The notes beneath the pieces are model-generated. The model was not told the DNA's origin. It did no database searches and saw only the letters and a program-made list of their open reading frames with translations. 64,000 nucleotides of DNA from Camelus ferus (taxonomy: Eukaryota): NCBI RefSeq assembly GCF_009834535.1, contig NC_045696.1:99574001-99638000 (forward strand), read 5' to 3'. The first letter of the stretch is position 1. Each line of letters opens with the position of its first letter. The translations under genes were made by a program, and so were the position numbers. Shown piece by piece: positions 39,373 through 50,240 of the stretch.

Positions 39373-40299
39373 TGAAAGAAGGGACAGATCTACCTCCTGT
39401 CTTCTAAAAGCTGTAAAAAGGATGGAAATTCATTTGAAGATGCTATGTTGTTTTCAGTTCATCTTTCTTGCCCACAGAACCTGTTCTAATGATTCCAATC
39501 TCTCTTCTGAAATCTATCACACTGTCAAAGTTTAAAAAAAAGTCTTCAAAGTATCAGAGTTCAATCAAAACTCAAATGCTTCATAAAATTGATTATAAAC
39601 GACCTCTTCCTTAGTTTTGGAATTCTAGTTGAAAAGTTACATATTAGCAGAAAGCTCAGTTCAAAACAACTGTGCTTATCACTTTACAAGTTCTGAATTA
39701 CCCCTCTGGGAATAGTCTGAAACCTTTATATCAAACCTAAAGAACCCAGCTTCCCAAAGATGTGTGAACAATTTTCTGGTACAGCATTTCCCACTCTATG
39801 TTTTCTAAATACTTCATAGTTTGCTAAATATTCACTGTTATGACCTAAACAGGATATTGATTGAAGCATCAAAATACTCCCCAAATGAGAACTAGAGTTT
39901 TTTCAAAAGAGTTATTAAACTGTTACTGTTTGCGTATTGTGCTTAGTAAGAGCTGGGCACTGTCTTAGGCAGAGTGGGAACGTAAGAAATTACGGTACCT
40001 TAGATGACTAAGGCCGTCTATAACTAGTGACATTAAGTATTAAACTAAAACTAGCATTGGCAAATATCCTTCAAAGAGAACCTTTAATGTAACCCCTTCA
40101 TCAACAGAAATACTCCCCTTTTGTCATGACATTTTGAGTGCCTGGTATAGAATTTTTGATCTTTAGGAATCTTGGAGATGATCTAAATTGTCTCTTCACT
40201 TCACTAGTGAAAATTCTATGCTTCACGTAAGTTATGACAGAAGCAAACAGTGAATGTGAGCATTAAAAAATAAATATTTTGATATTCAAAGAAGCGCTC

Positions 40300-40790
40300 C
40301 TATTTGGAAGGGTGAAGGAACATCAGTGTGAAGAGATGCAGACAGTATGCCCAGGTCTGACACAAGCGAAAGAATAAAGGGGGAGTGAGCAAGTGCTCCA
40401 GTTTGATGGGGACCCCACGGAGAAGCGGGGCATGGATGAGAAGCAGGATCAGATTATAGTAGGTCTTCAGTTGTAGACTTAGGAGTTTGGATTTTACTCC
40501 GTAGCCAGTGAAGAGGTATTGATGGTTTTGTGGGAAGGTGATGAGACTGGTGTTCAAGAATATAACTTGTCATTGTTGGGAAGGTCAGGGGGGAGAAAAA
40601 ATGTCACTAGATAGTTGAAAATCATTGGTGTCATGAAATGAATGGGGTTATGTGTAGTTATGTTAGATCACTGGGATATACACTTGAGGGAGAGAAAAGT
40701 CTACTGCAACTCAAGTTATGGGGGTAGAATGGAGAAGACAGAATAGAAAGGAGAAACGCTTTGTAGGTGGGTTTAAGGGAACATAAGAAC
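40300..40790 (-). mobile_element. LINE-2 fragment
   Basis: gatcagattatagtaggtctt...taggagtttggattttactccgtagccagtg. Confidence 0.65.
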
Positions 40791-41471
40791 TAATTGTACA
40801 TTTCAGCAATCTTTCGTGTATCTGTAGCACCAAGAGAATCCAACTTTGGATATTATGACTGAACTGGAATCATGAGATGAGCATAATAATAAAGTAGAGA
40901 AGTGGTATGTTCAACATGTCACACTTTTCTTATTTTAGAACCAGACCGACGTTTTCTTAGCTATCGAGCACTGCGGCAAGATGACCAGAATTCCCTCTCC
41001 CTGATCTTTACTGAAGGAGGAGCTCATCTGTTATGATGCAAACTAAATTCAAGGAATTAATAAAAAGCTAAAATATTGTCACAAGCTAGATATCAATGGA
41101 AAATTAAGTAAAATAGATTTGATTTTCAATACATGAAAGTATTGATAAGTAATAATTTAGAAGAAAGTGAGAAATGAAAATTATTTTGAGCAACATTATG
41201 TACAGATGGTCATGTTAGCATCTGTAGATCAAGCAAGGTGAACTACAGACCAGATATATTGTCTGTGGAGAAGATGATGATAAAGATATTTCACAGTCTA
41301 CAGAACTTACAGCATTTCATGTCTTCCTTAATTGATCCTGACAACAGCTACAGAATTAATATATCATCAAAACTTATTTATAGGTGTGTAGAGATTTTAC
41401 AAGTAATTTTTTGTATTATTATTTAGCAAAACGTTTTCCCTCTGAGTATGTGATCTAAAATATTCTGCATT

Positions 41472-42292
41472 CCTTGCAGATCAAAACTACAATGAGATAT
41501 CACCTCACACCAGCCAAAATGGCCATATTGAAAAGTCTACAAATGATAGATGCTGGAGAAGGTGTGGAGAAAAGGGAACCCTCCTACACTGTTGGTGGGA
41601 GTGCAGATTGGTGCAGCCACTATGGAGGACAGTATGGAGGTTCCTTAAAAAACTGAAAATAGACTTCCCATGTGATCCAGCAATCCCACTCCTGGGCATA
41701 TATCCAGAGAAAAATAAAATTCAAAAAGACACATGCACCCCAATGTTCACAGCAGCACTATTTACAATAGCCAACCATGGAATCAACCCAAATGCCCATC
41801 AACAGATGACTGGATAAAGAAGATGTGGTCCAAACAGTGGAACACTACTCAGCCATAAGAAAGAATAAAATAATGCCATTTGCAGCAATATGGATGGATC
41901 TGAAGATTGTCATTCTAAGTGAAGTGGGCTGGAATGAGAAAGAAAAATGCCATATGATATCATTTTTATGAAGCATATAAAAAATAATAATAAGGACACA
42001 AATGAACTAATTATTATTTTGATTTCTTGAATATGTGTAAGCACATTTGACTGTCCTTTATGACTGAATTACTGCATTCTGTTGATTCTTATTTTGTAGT
42101 TGGCTTTATTACTTCGATAACTATGTAAGTTTAAAAAGCTAGAGATCTAATCTGCTCCTAGAAACAATAATTAGTACAGTCATGAAAACTAAAAAAATGT
42201 GCAGTATACTGTACATATGTATTTACATGCAATGTAATGTGTATGTGCAGTCGAACTGTAATAATTCTACATAATAAAACTGAAAAAGGAAA
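41472..42292 (+). mobile_element. 5'-truncated young L1 (ORF2 C-terminus) with an atypical 3' segment
   Basis: ORF pieces [12 protein letters not shown] and [32 protein letters not shown] are L1 ORF2. Perfect 15-bp TSD aaaatattctgcatt at 41457-41471 and 42293-42307. Confidence 0.93.
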
Positions 42293-43249
42293 AAAATATT
42301 CTGCATTTCTAAGTTGTGATATTTACTCATCTTGGGTCAGATTTCTTCCCATAAGGACACACCTCTAATGTAGTAATGTAAGTCAATGGGAAACATGATT
42401 CAATTAGCAAAACTTTTTTTTGAACAAATGCCTTGCAAGATTATATTTTTAAAAGTGTGTTATACCTGTAGTTAAATTGTTTTCAAAAAAGTAATTTACA
42501 TTTGATTTAAAGAGGACACTTTTCTCATTAAGATACGCTACTGACAAATCTACAAGACAGCATGTTTGGAGAGACGAGGTGTATTACATTACACATGGTC
42601 ACTTATGGAATTGCTCAAGGAAATGCTAATAGTAGCAGTAAAAGCACATAGGTATTATAGCAGGTACATCCATCATGTGAGAACAGTCGTCGTTAAGAAA
42701 GCCTTATTGCCAACTACAAAGAGCTTTCAAAGTGTTTCCCACTTGGATTACTGTACTGTCCTGCAGATTTTAAAGATTCAGTTGTTGGCTTAAGAAATTG
42801 AAAATAAATGCCAAAACCCAAAGTGTGAAGTTTTGCAAAAACTATTTAGGTCTGACCGATCCCAGCTATAAGAAGATTAAAACAAATAGGACATGTATAT
42901 ATGATTTAACTATTTGAATACATTTATTGATAAAAGAAGATATTTAAGAAAAATAAAACCTTTTTTTTTTTTTAAACCAAGAGCAGTCAGCTGCCACCAA
43001 TCCCGTAAAACCCTGTAACTTCTTGTCTCCCCACATTGGCCTTCATTTATCTCCTACACTGTCATTTAAATTTTCACATTTTATTCCAGCCTTCCCAGAA
43101 TAATTGGAAGTTCCCTGATTTTAAGAAATGTGCTTTCAATTTCTTTCTGATGAGTTTCTATCAGGGTAAGCATTTGATAAATCTATAATGCTTTATTGTA
43201 AATTCTCTATCATCTATTTGAAAGTCACTGAAGATTTCACTTGAATTAA

Positions 43250-43500
43250 TAGTTAACATCTGCTAAACACTGTCTATGTACCAGGCCTGTGTTAAGTGTT
43301 TTATGTGGATCATCTAATTCAATCTTCAAAGTGCACCTATTTATTAAATAATTTTAGTAATATTATCAGTATTCTCCTGGGAACAAAATAAGACACAGAA
43401 TTTAAGTAACTGATTTAGGATCCCTCAGTTGTTTGTGGCAGAGATAGGATTTCACACCCAAAAACTTGAATGCCAGTGTCTTCCTATGACTTTATACTGA
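43250..43500 (-). mobile_element. MIR SINE
   Basis: aatagttaacatctgctaaacact...tatgtaccagg...gtggcagagataggattt. Confidence 0.75.
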
Positions 43501-43572
43501 GTTTACACTTTCTTAATCAATGTTCTAGCTCTTACATAAATGACCTGGAGAGTTTGTGAACAGCACTAATAC

Positions 43573-44110
43573 TGTAATTCAGAAATGTGCAAAATACATC
43601 TCTGGGATTCATTTTGAGGGTGCTCAGCTGCATAGTCACAAGTGGTAAGCAACTGTTTTACATACTCATACATGGGTTATGAGTTTCATCCCGTGCTTTG
43701 AAGAATGTCTGGTGTTGGAGGTGGTAACGGAGAAGACGTGACCAGGAGCTAACCCACGACCTGGACGCAGGCAATCAGGGACTCCTCATCCCTTCCCCTG
43801 TCCTTTGAATGTGTGTTCTGCCTACCATTCCCACAGGTCCAGTAGAGCTGTTCCAAGGACACATCCTTGAGAGAATAAGGTTTGTTGAAAACTATCTGGA
43901 CAGTATAGATGACTGAAGTCAGTTTAGACCCCTATATAAACTTGTAAGATTCTGCCAGGTGGAGTTGAGGATCTACTTGTCTTGTCGTCCCCATCTTATA
44001 AGTAAGTTCTCCTGTTTATTAAAACTGCCACCTACCAATCTGAACTGATCTGCCTCTTTCTTTGGTCTCTCCCTGCCCTTTATGTACAGGGCCACTTTGC
44101 AAACCAACCT
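43573..44110 (+). mobile_element. Probable ERV1-class solo LTR (family unassigned, ends approximate)
   Basis: LTR-like layout with TATATAAA 43933-43940, ATTAAA 44018-44023 and a pyrimidine-rich U5-like tail. No TSD identified. Confidence 0.6.
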
Positions 44111-44477
44111 ATGGCCTGAGCTTTTCCTCCTCCAATGTCATCACTAAGCCTGTCAGATACAGTCATTCTACCTGCTGGGCCTACCATTCCTCATCCTCTA
44201 AATGGGCTTATGGCAAGAGCCACCTGCTCTCCCAACTTCATCTTTAGGAGTCCCAGGTCCCAGTCAGCCATGGCTTATGGTTCTTCTAAGATTCTTTCCT
44301 TAAAGAAATGAAGTTCTACTTTCATTTCTCTGTTCATGTCTCAGTGCATGTTGCTTCATCCAATAACCAATCCAATAACCAATTCCAAACATCTATATTT
44401 CTCTAAGAATCTACTGCTTGTAATTCCATTTCAGTATAAGCTAAAATATTTTGATTGCAAGAAACATACAATGTTGC

Positions 44478-44544
44478 AAGAAAAGAGGAGGGAAGGGGAG
44501 GGGAGGGGAGGGGAGAGGAGGGAAGGGAAGGGGAGAGAAAGAGA
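44478..44544 (+). repeat. 67-nt pure purine tract with a (GGGGA)n core
   Basis: Only A and G from 44478 to 44544. Confidence 0.95.
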
Positions 44545-45310
44545 TAAGATAGTGAGGTAACTCACAAAAGTCAAGCAAGAGTAAGACAAAGATACAATTC
44601 TTTCCTCTTACCTCATCAATTTCTACCTTGTTTGTCACCATTAGATTACTCAAATCTTATTGTCTTTCACCCAATACATCATTGACCAATGCTGAAATTT
44701 CAAAGAGAAATAATCTATCACAGAATGTAACTCACTTTAGTGATATGAGGGATGTAATCTGTTATTTTTAAAAAGTAGGAAAAGAAAATTCAGGAAATAT
44801 AGAAATTTCAGCTCCCTAAACTCCTCCAAAATTCCAAAGAAAATTCATTCTCTTCTAAACATATGATTCAAAAAAATGGCTCTCTGAACATAATTAGTTC
44901 CCAAAGAGGGCCTCAAATCCACTTTTTCTTCTTAATGGGAGACAACCCAAAGTCATGTCTAGCTGCTACATGCAAAAATGATGTCACTGTTCTTTGGGTC
45001 CTGTATCTCTGGACAATGTCTATTTCCCTCTAGATCTGTCATGGTTCCCTCATGAGATTGTGCAACCTATACAGGCAAATCATGTATATTACATCAATAC
45101 ATCAATAAATCATCTGTACAAGAGAAGAGAAAGATTACAAAAAAGGAAAAAAAAAAGAATAGAGAATTTTAAATATCACATGTTCAGCGAGCAAGGAGTA
45201 GATTATATTTCTAATTTTTGCAAACTGCCAGAAAGCCAGAGCTGGTACACCTTACTTAATTCGTCTACTTATTTCATATTTTCCTTATTAAGTATGTCTG
45301 CTTTTCAAAG

Positions 45311-45359
45311 GTTTTTGCCTATCAGGGTGACTCAAGTTTTTGCCTATCAGGGTGACTCA
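45311..45359 (+). repeat. Tandem duplication: 24-bp identical unit, 25-bp period
   Basis: gtttttgcctatcagggtgactca at 45311-45334 and 45336-45359. Confidence 0.97.
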
Positions 45360-47510
45360 GAGCCTCTTGTGAGTCCTGCCTATATAGAGATGCCATCGTT
45401 TTTAATTCCTGACAATGTAGAAATAGTATTAGTACTCAGGACGAATTCCCTACATTACATCTATACTTTCCACCCACCACCAGCAGCAGCTTCACTACTG
45501 AACAGGAACTCCGTTTACCCCTGAGAATCAGGGTCAATCATCTCAACCATAACAGTGAAGGGCTATGCTCCAAGTTGTGCTGACCACTGGGAGGTGCTCC
45601 ATTCTCCACTTTCAGGGCCCCCTCTGGGTGGGGCTGCGATACAGTAACTGCCACTTTCAGCAGGCTGACTGCATTTTGCTCAGGGTCAGCTATAATCTCA
45701 TCTCCAGTTTCCTTATTTTCAAACTGAGGGGAAGTTCCCCATGAGGTTTTCATCTTTGGTATTGACTGAGGGAAGGCAATGCTCTGGCAGGAAAAGACAT
45801 GCTGGGAATGTGAGTAGTTCCTTAAAAATCTGATCTAGACCTTGTAGACCTATTCAGGCAAGGACTTCTACTTTATGGCTAATTAGATCACATAGTACCT
45901 AATTCAAGAAGGACAACTCGGGTAAGTTGGTCACCTGACCTCCCAGGTGAGATCACTGCTCAAACTGTGAGCTGAACCAGTTGGGTTGCACACTTCCTCT
46001 GAGCCTTACTTAATTTTGAATCACTTTGTACAGAATGTGGAGGAGGACACCTATATATGGTATAGGTTTGCCATCGAAATCCAGGTAACACATCGGGCGC
46101 TGTACCTCCCTCGTGGTGATGTAGGACACAAAGTACAATGATCTGTCCTCCACTAAAGGAGTGACTTGTCATTCATGTGGGGAAGGGATTATTTGACACC
46201 TTCAATGCCCCTCAACCCCAGGAAAATTCTATGATGTGGTCACTGTCATTATCTCTGAATTTACTTCTCATTTATTTCCAATGCATCACATTCACTTACT
46301 ACTTCCCACTCTTTAGATCATATCACTACAATGGCATCAATACAGTGAGTCAGCATGATATTCTGTAGACTAGTGGGATGGCTTAAGTATTTAGCTGGAG
46401 TGTTTTCCATCCTTGAGGTGAGATATTACATTTGTACTGCTGGCCCTTTAAGATGATTTTCTAATGTTCTATGTATGGGAAGGAGTAAAATGTACTTGCC
46501 ATTTCAATGTACACCAAGTGCTAGGGACACTTTCACTTTTTTTTTTTTTTCAGTAAGACACTCCCACTAGGACAGCAGTAGCATTAGAGTCATAACCTGA
46601 TCATGTTTGATAATCCACCATCTTTCTCCAAGTACAGCTAGTCTTTTTAATTAGCCAGAAAGAATAGGAATAGGAAATGTGATACAAATGAACAAATCTC
46701 CATCTTCTAAGGCTGTACTGGTAACAAAAAGACTTCATTACTCTTAGAGGTGTGTTAGCTTTTGACTTACTGCTATGATGAGTAAAGTGAGGTCCAGTGG
46801 CTTTTGCTTTTTCTTCCTACTGTACCTTCCTTCCAGCCCTTATTCCAAGTATCAGGAAGCCAGTGTTGTGATTCTGCAAGTGGTTCTGTAATGATTCTGT
46901 GTGATGTCCATTTAAACCATGAATGAAACAAATATGGACATATCCACTGGGCCTCAGGGAACTGGTTGTGAGATTAAGTCATGTTTGAATTTCATTCACC
47001 ATGTGACTCTCACAGGCCCTTAAGACTGGTTGCAAGTTTTGGTCTGGATGCTTCTGAATAGTGTTTTGCTGGAGCTAGTCCATGAAAATTATGATTAGTT
47101 CTCCTTTGCCAGTGCACAATTACCTATGAAAGTACCAAAATGCTCTGGGGAAGGCTAGGGAAAGATGCACATTTTATGTATCTAAAGAACCAAGGCAAAT
47201 CAATTTTTGGATCAAAGAGAAGGGGTTAGGTCTTATAGATTAATCTCCCGAGATTATTTTTCCCCCAAAGGACATACACATTTTTATAAAAGAATTCAAA
47301 AGAAATCTAGAATCAGACCAAAAAAAAAAAAAAAAAAACCCAGAAATTCCCTGAAAAGACTGCTATCTAGAAACATAACTCATTTTTAGCTCTACACAGA
47401 GGAGACAAAAAACAGCCATTATAAAATGTTCCTTCCACACCCTTCACACTTAAAAATGGTAACAAACATTAGCATGCTTCAGCTATCAGCTTAAAAAAAT
47501 GCAGACTCAG

Positions 47511-48452
47511 TTTAATTTTATTTTTTTAAATTGAAGTATAGTTGATTTAAACTATCATGTTAGCTTCAGGTGTATAGCATATTCAGTATTTTTGCAGATT
47601 CTACTCCATTATAGGTTATTACAGGATAATCAGTATAATTTCCTGTGCTATACTATCCTTGTTGCTTCTCTATATTATATATAGTAGTTGGTATCTGTGA
47701 ATCCCATACCGCTAATTAGATTAGTTGACCATTAAGTGCCTGGGTTTATTTCTAGGCTTTCTATTCTGTTCCATTGATCTATGTGTCTGTTTATGTGCCA
47801 ATACCAATGCTGTTTTGATTACTGTAGCTTTGTAGTATAGTCTGGAGTCAGGGAGCATACTTTCAGCTTTTTTCTTTTCTTTCCAGACTGCTTTGGTTAT
47901 TCAGGGCTTTTCTGTGGTTTCATATAAATTTTGGGGTTATTTGTCCCAGTTCTGTGAAAAATGTCATAGGTATTTTGATAAGGATTTTGTTAAATCTATA
48001 GATTGCTTTGGGTTGTATGGACATTTTAACAATATTCATACTTCCAATCCGAGAACATGGGATATCTTTTCATTTCTTTGTATCATTTCCAAATTCCTTC
48101 AACAACGTTTTATAGTCTTCATAGTGTAGGTCTTTTACCTCCCTGGTTAAATTTATTCATAGGTATTTTATTCTTTTTTGCTGTGATTTTAAATTGCATT
48201 GTTTTCTTGTTTTCTCTTTCTGATGTTTCATTGAGTGTACAGGAAAGCAACAGATTTCTGTATATTAATTTTGTATCCTATAACTTTTCACTATTAGTTC
48301 TAATAGTTTTTGGTGGAGACTTCAAGGTTTTCTATATATAGTACCATGCCATCTGTAAATAGTAACAGTTTTACTTATTCCTTTCCAATTTGGATGCCTT
48401 TTATTTCTTTCTCCTGTCTGATTGCTGTAGCTAAACTTCCAATACTATGTTA
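47511..48452 (-). mobile_element. Artiodactyl-type L1, 3' UTR joined to ORF2 across an internal deletion
   Basis: ttgaagtatagttgattta...gtatctgtgaatcccata (3' UTR) is followed directly by ttagttgacc...ctattctgttccattgatctatgtgtctg...ttccaatactatgtt (ORF2, antisense). Confidence 0.9.
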
Positions 48453-48479
48453 AAAAATACATTTAAAGTAAATGCATTT

Positions 48480-48960
48480 TCTAATGAGGTATATAATTTA
48501 CAGATTTAATGTACAGTTATAACTTACAATTTATACTCAGATGGGTTTTGAGGATATATACCCATGAAATCCCCACTCCTATCAAGATACAGAGTACTTC
48601 ATTACCTTAAAAATGTTTCTCATCACCCTCTTCCTATCAATTTTCCCTCCATCTACCAGGAAACCACTGTTACAATTTCTATCACCAGAGACTAGTTTTG
48701 CTGCAGTTTCATATAAGTGGATTGATACAGGATTTACTCTTATCTTTTGTTTCTTTTACTCAAGCTACTGTTTTGGGGATTCATTCACATTGCTATGTGA
48801 ATCAGTAATTCTGCCCTTTCCATTACTGAGTGGCACTGATTGTATGAATGTACACAATTGTTTACCCATTCACCTGTTGGATATTTGAATTGTTTCTAGT
48901 GTTAGACTATTCTTATTAAGGATGCTATAAAATTTCTTGTGCAAAATTTTTGCAGACATT
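48480..48960 (-). mobile_element. Old L1 (L1ME/MD-like) 3' end
   Basis: gaggtatataatttaca...atcaagatacagag...aaccactgtt...gattcattcacattg...cattcacctgttggatatttg. Confidence 0.8.
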
Positions 48961-49257
48961 TATTGGGTCTTTACTTTCATATCTGGCTGAAGTATGGAAT
49001 CAATTACATTAGCCTTGATAGTGGGTCAGAGAGCAAGAGTCTACGTGGTCAGTTAGTTCAATCAATTGCACTAATCACACTTGAAGACTACTCTTGGCTC
49101 AGATAAATTGTAGCTTCTTTTCTCTAAATGTCTGGTTCCATCCAACTACTAACAAATCACTACTAGATGCCAGTCAGTGCTGATCTCCACTCAGATTTAT
49201 GTACCCTGCTTAGCATAGTGGAACAGCATTGACACTGGGATCAGGAATGTCTGGCTT

Positions 49258-50044
49258 TGGGACAGTTGGGTATCAACATGCAAAAAGATGAATTTAGAAA
49301 ATCACCTTACCTCATACCTAAAAATTGGCTCAGCTGGAGGCCAGATTTAAAGATAAGAACCAAAACAATATACATTTTGAAAGTAAGCATAAAAAATCCT
49401 TAAGACTTTGAATTAGGGAAAGATCTTGTACTATATGACACTAAAACATGATCCATAAAAGAAAAAAATGATAAATTAGACATAATAATTTGAAACTTTC
49501 ACATTTCAAAATACTTCATTAAGAAAGTGAAAAGACAAGCAACAGACTGGGAGAAAATATTTGGAAAAACACATATTCAGTTAAAGACTTGTATCTGGAA
49601 TACATAAAATCCTCTTAGAACTCAGTAATAAAAAGACAACTCAATAAAAAATGGGCAAAAGATAAGAACAAACATTTCACCACAGATGGTGCTAAAACAT
49701 TACACTAAGTAAAAGAGGCTAGACACAAGGGATCACATCAAATATGATTTAATTTATATGAAATGGCCATTAAAGGTAAACTTAGAAAGTAGATCACTGT
49801 TTGCTAAGGTCGGAGAGTGGTAATAAGGATTAAATGTAAATGGTCATGAGGAATCCTACTGAAGGGATAAAAATGTTCTAAAACCCTTTATGGTGGTTGC
49901 TGCACACATCAGTAAGAAAAAACAAAACTCACTGAATTGTACACTTGAAACATGATTTTTATGATATGTACTTTTATGATATGATTTTTATTTTATGATA
50001 CATATTTTCTTCAAAAAATAATTCTTCAAAAAAGAAGAAAAAAA
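49258..50044 (+). mobile_element. Old L1 (L1MB-like) ORF2 fragment plus 3' UTR
   Basis: aagaaagtgaaaagacaagcaacagactgggagaaaatattt...aaatgggcaaaaga...aaatgttctaaaa...tcactgaattgtacactt. Confidence 0.85.
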
Positions 50045-50051
50045 CGCCTCA

Positions 50052-50240
50052 GTTCAAAGTTTGGCACCTTAACTTACAACTATCTTTGTGCAAGTCAGTT
50101 AACTGCACTGAACCTCATTGCCTCTTGTGTAACCTGGTGAAATCTGTATCTCTATCTTAAGATTGGGTAAGGTTGACAAAATATAAATATGCCATGGACC
50201 TAGAACAGAGTGAAAGTTCGTTGAGTGGTAATTCTTAATA
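50052..50240 (+). mobile_element. MIR SINE fragment
   Basis: ctttgtgcaagtcagttaactgcactgaacctca. Confidence 0.6.

Noticed and set aside
44994..45524. 176-aa ORF as a host gene
   Set aside because: It starts at TTG, has no recognisable domain, runs through an A-rich tract and depends on a 25-bp duplication that shifts the frame.
45560..46400. Possible ancient Gypsy-like LTR
   Set aside because: Composition is suggestive, but I could not match termini or diagnostic motifs with confidence; it needs a Dfam scan.
47493..50056. aaaaaaatgcagactcagtt / aaaaaaacgcctcagtt as one TSD enclosing the L1 cluster
   Set aside because: The match is gapped and mostly A-run, and the enclosed L1 pieces differ in age and orientation.
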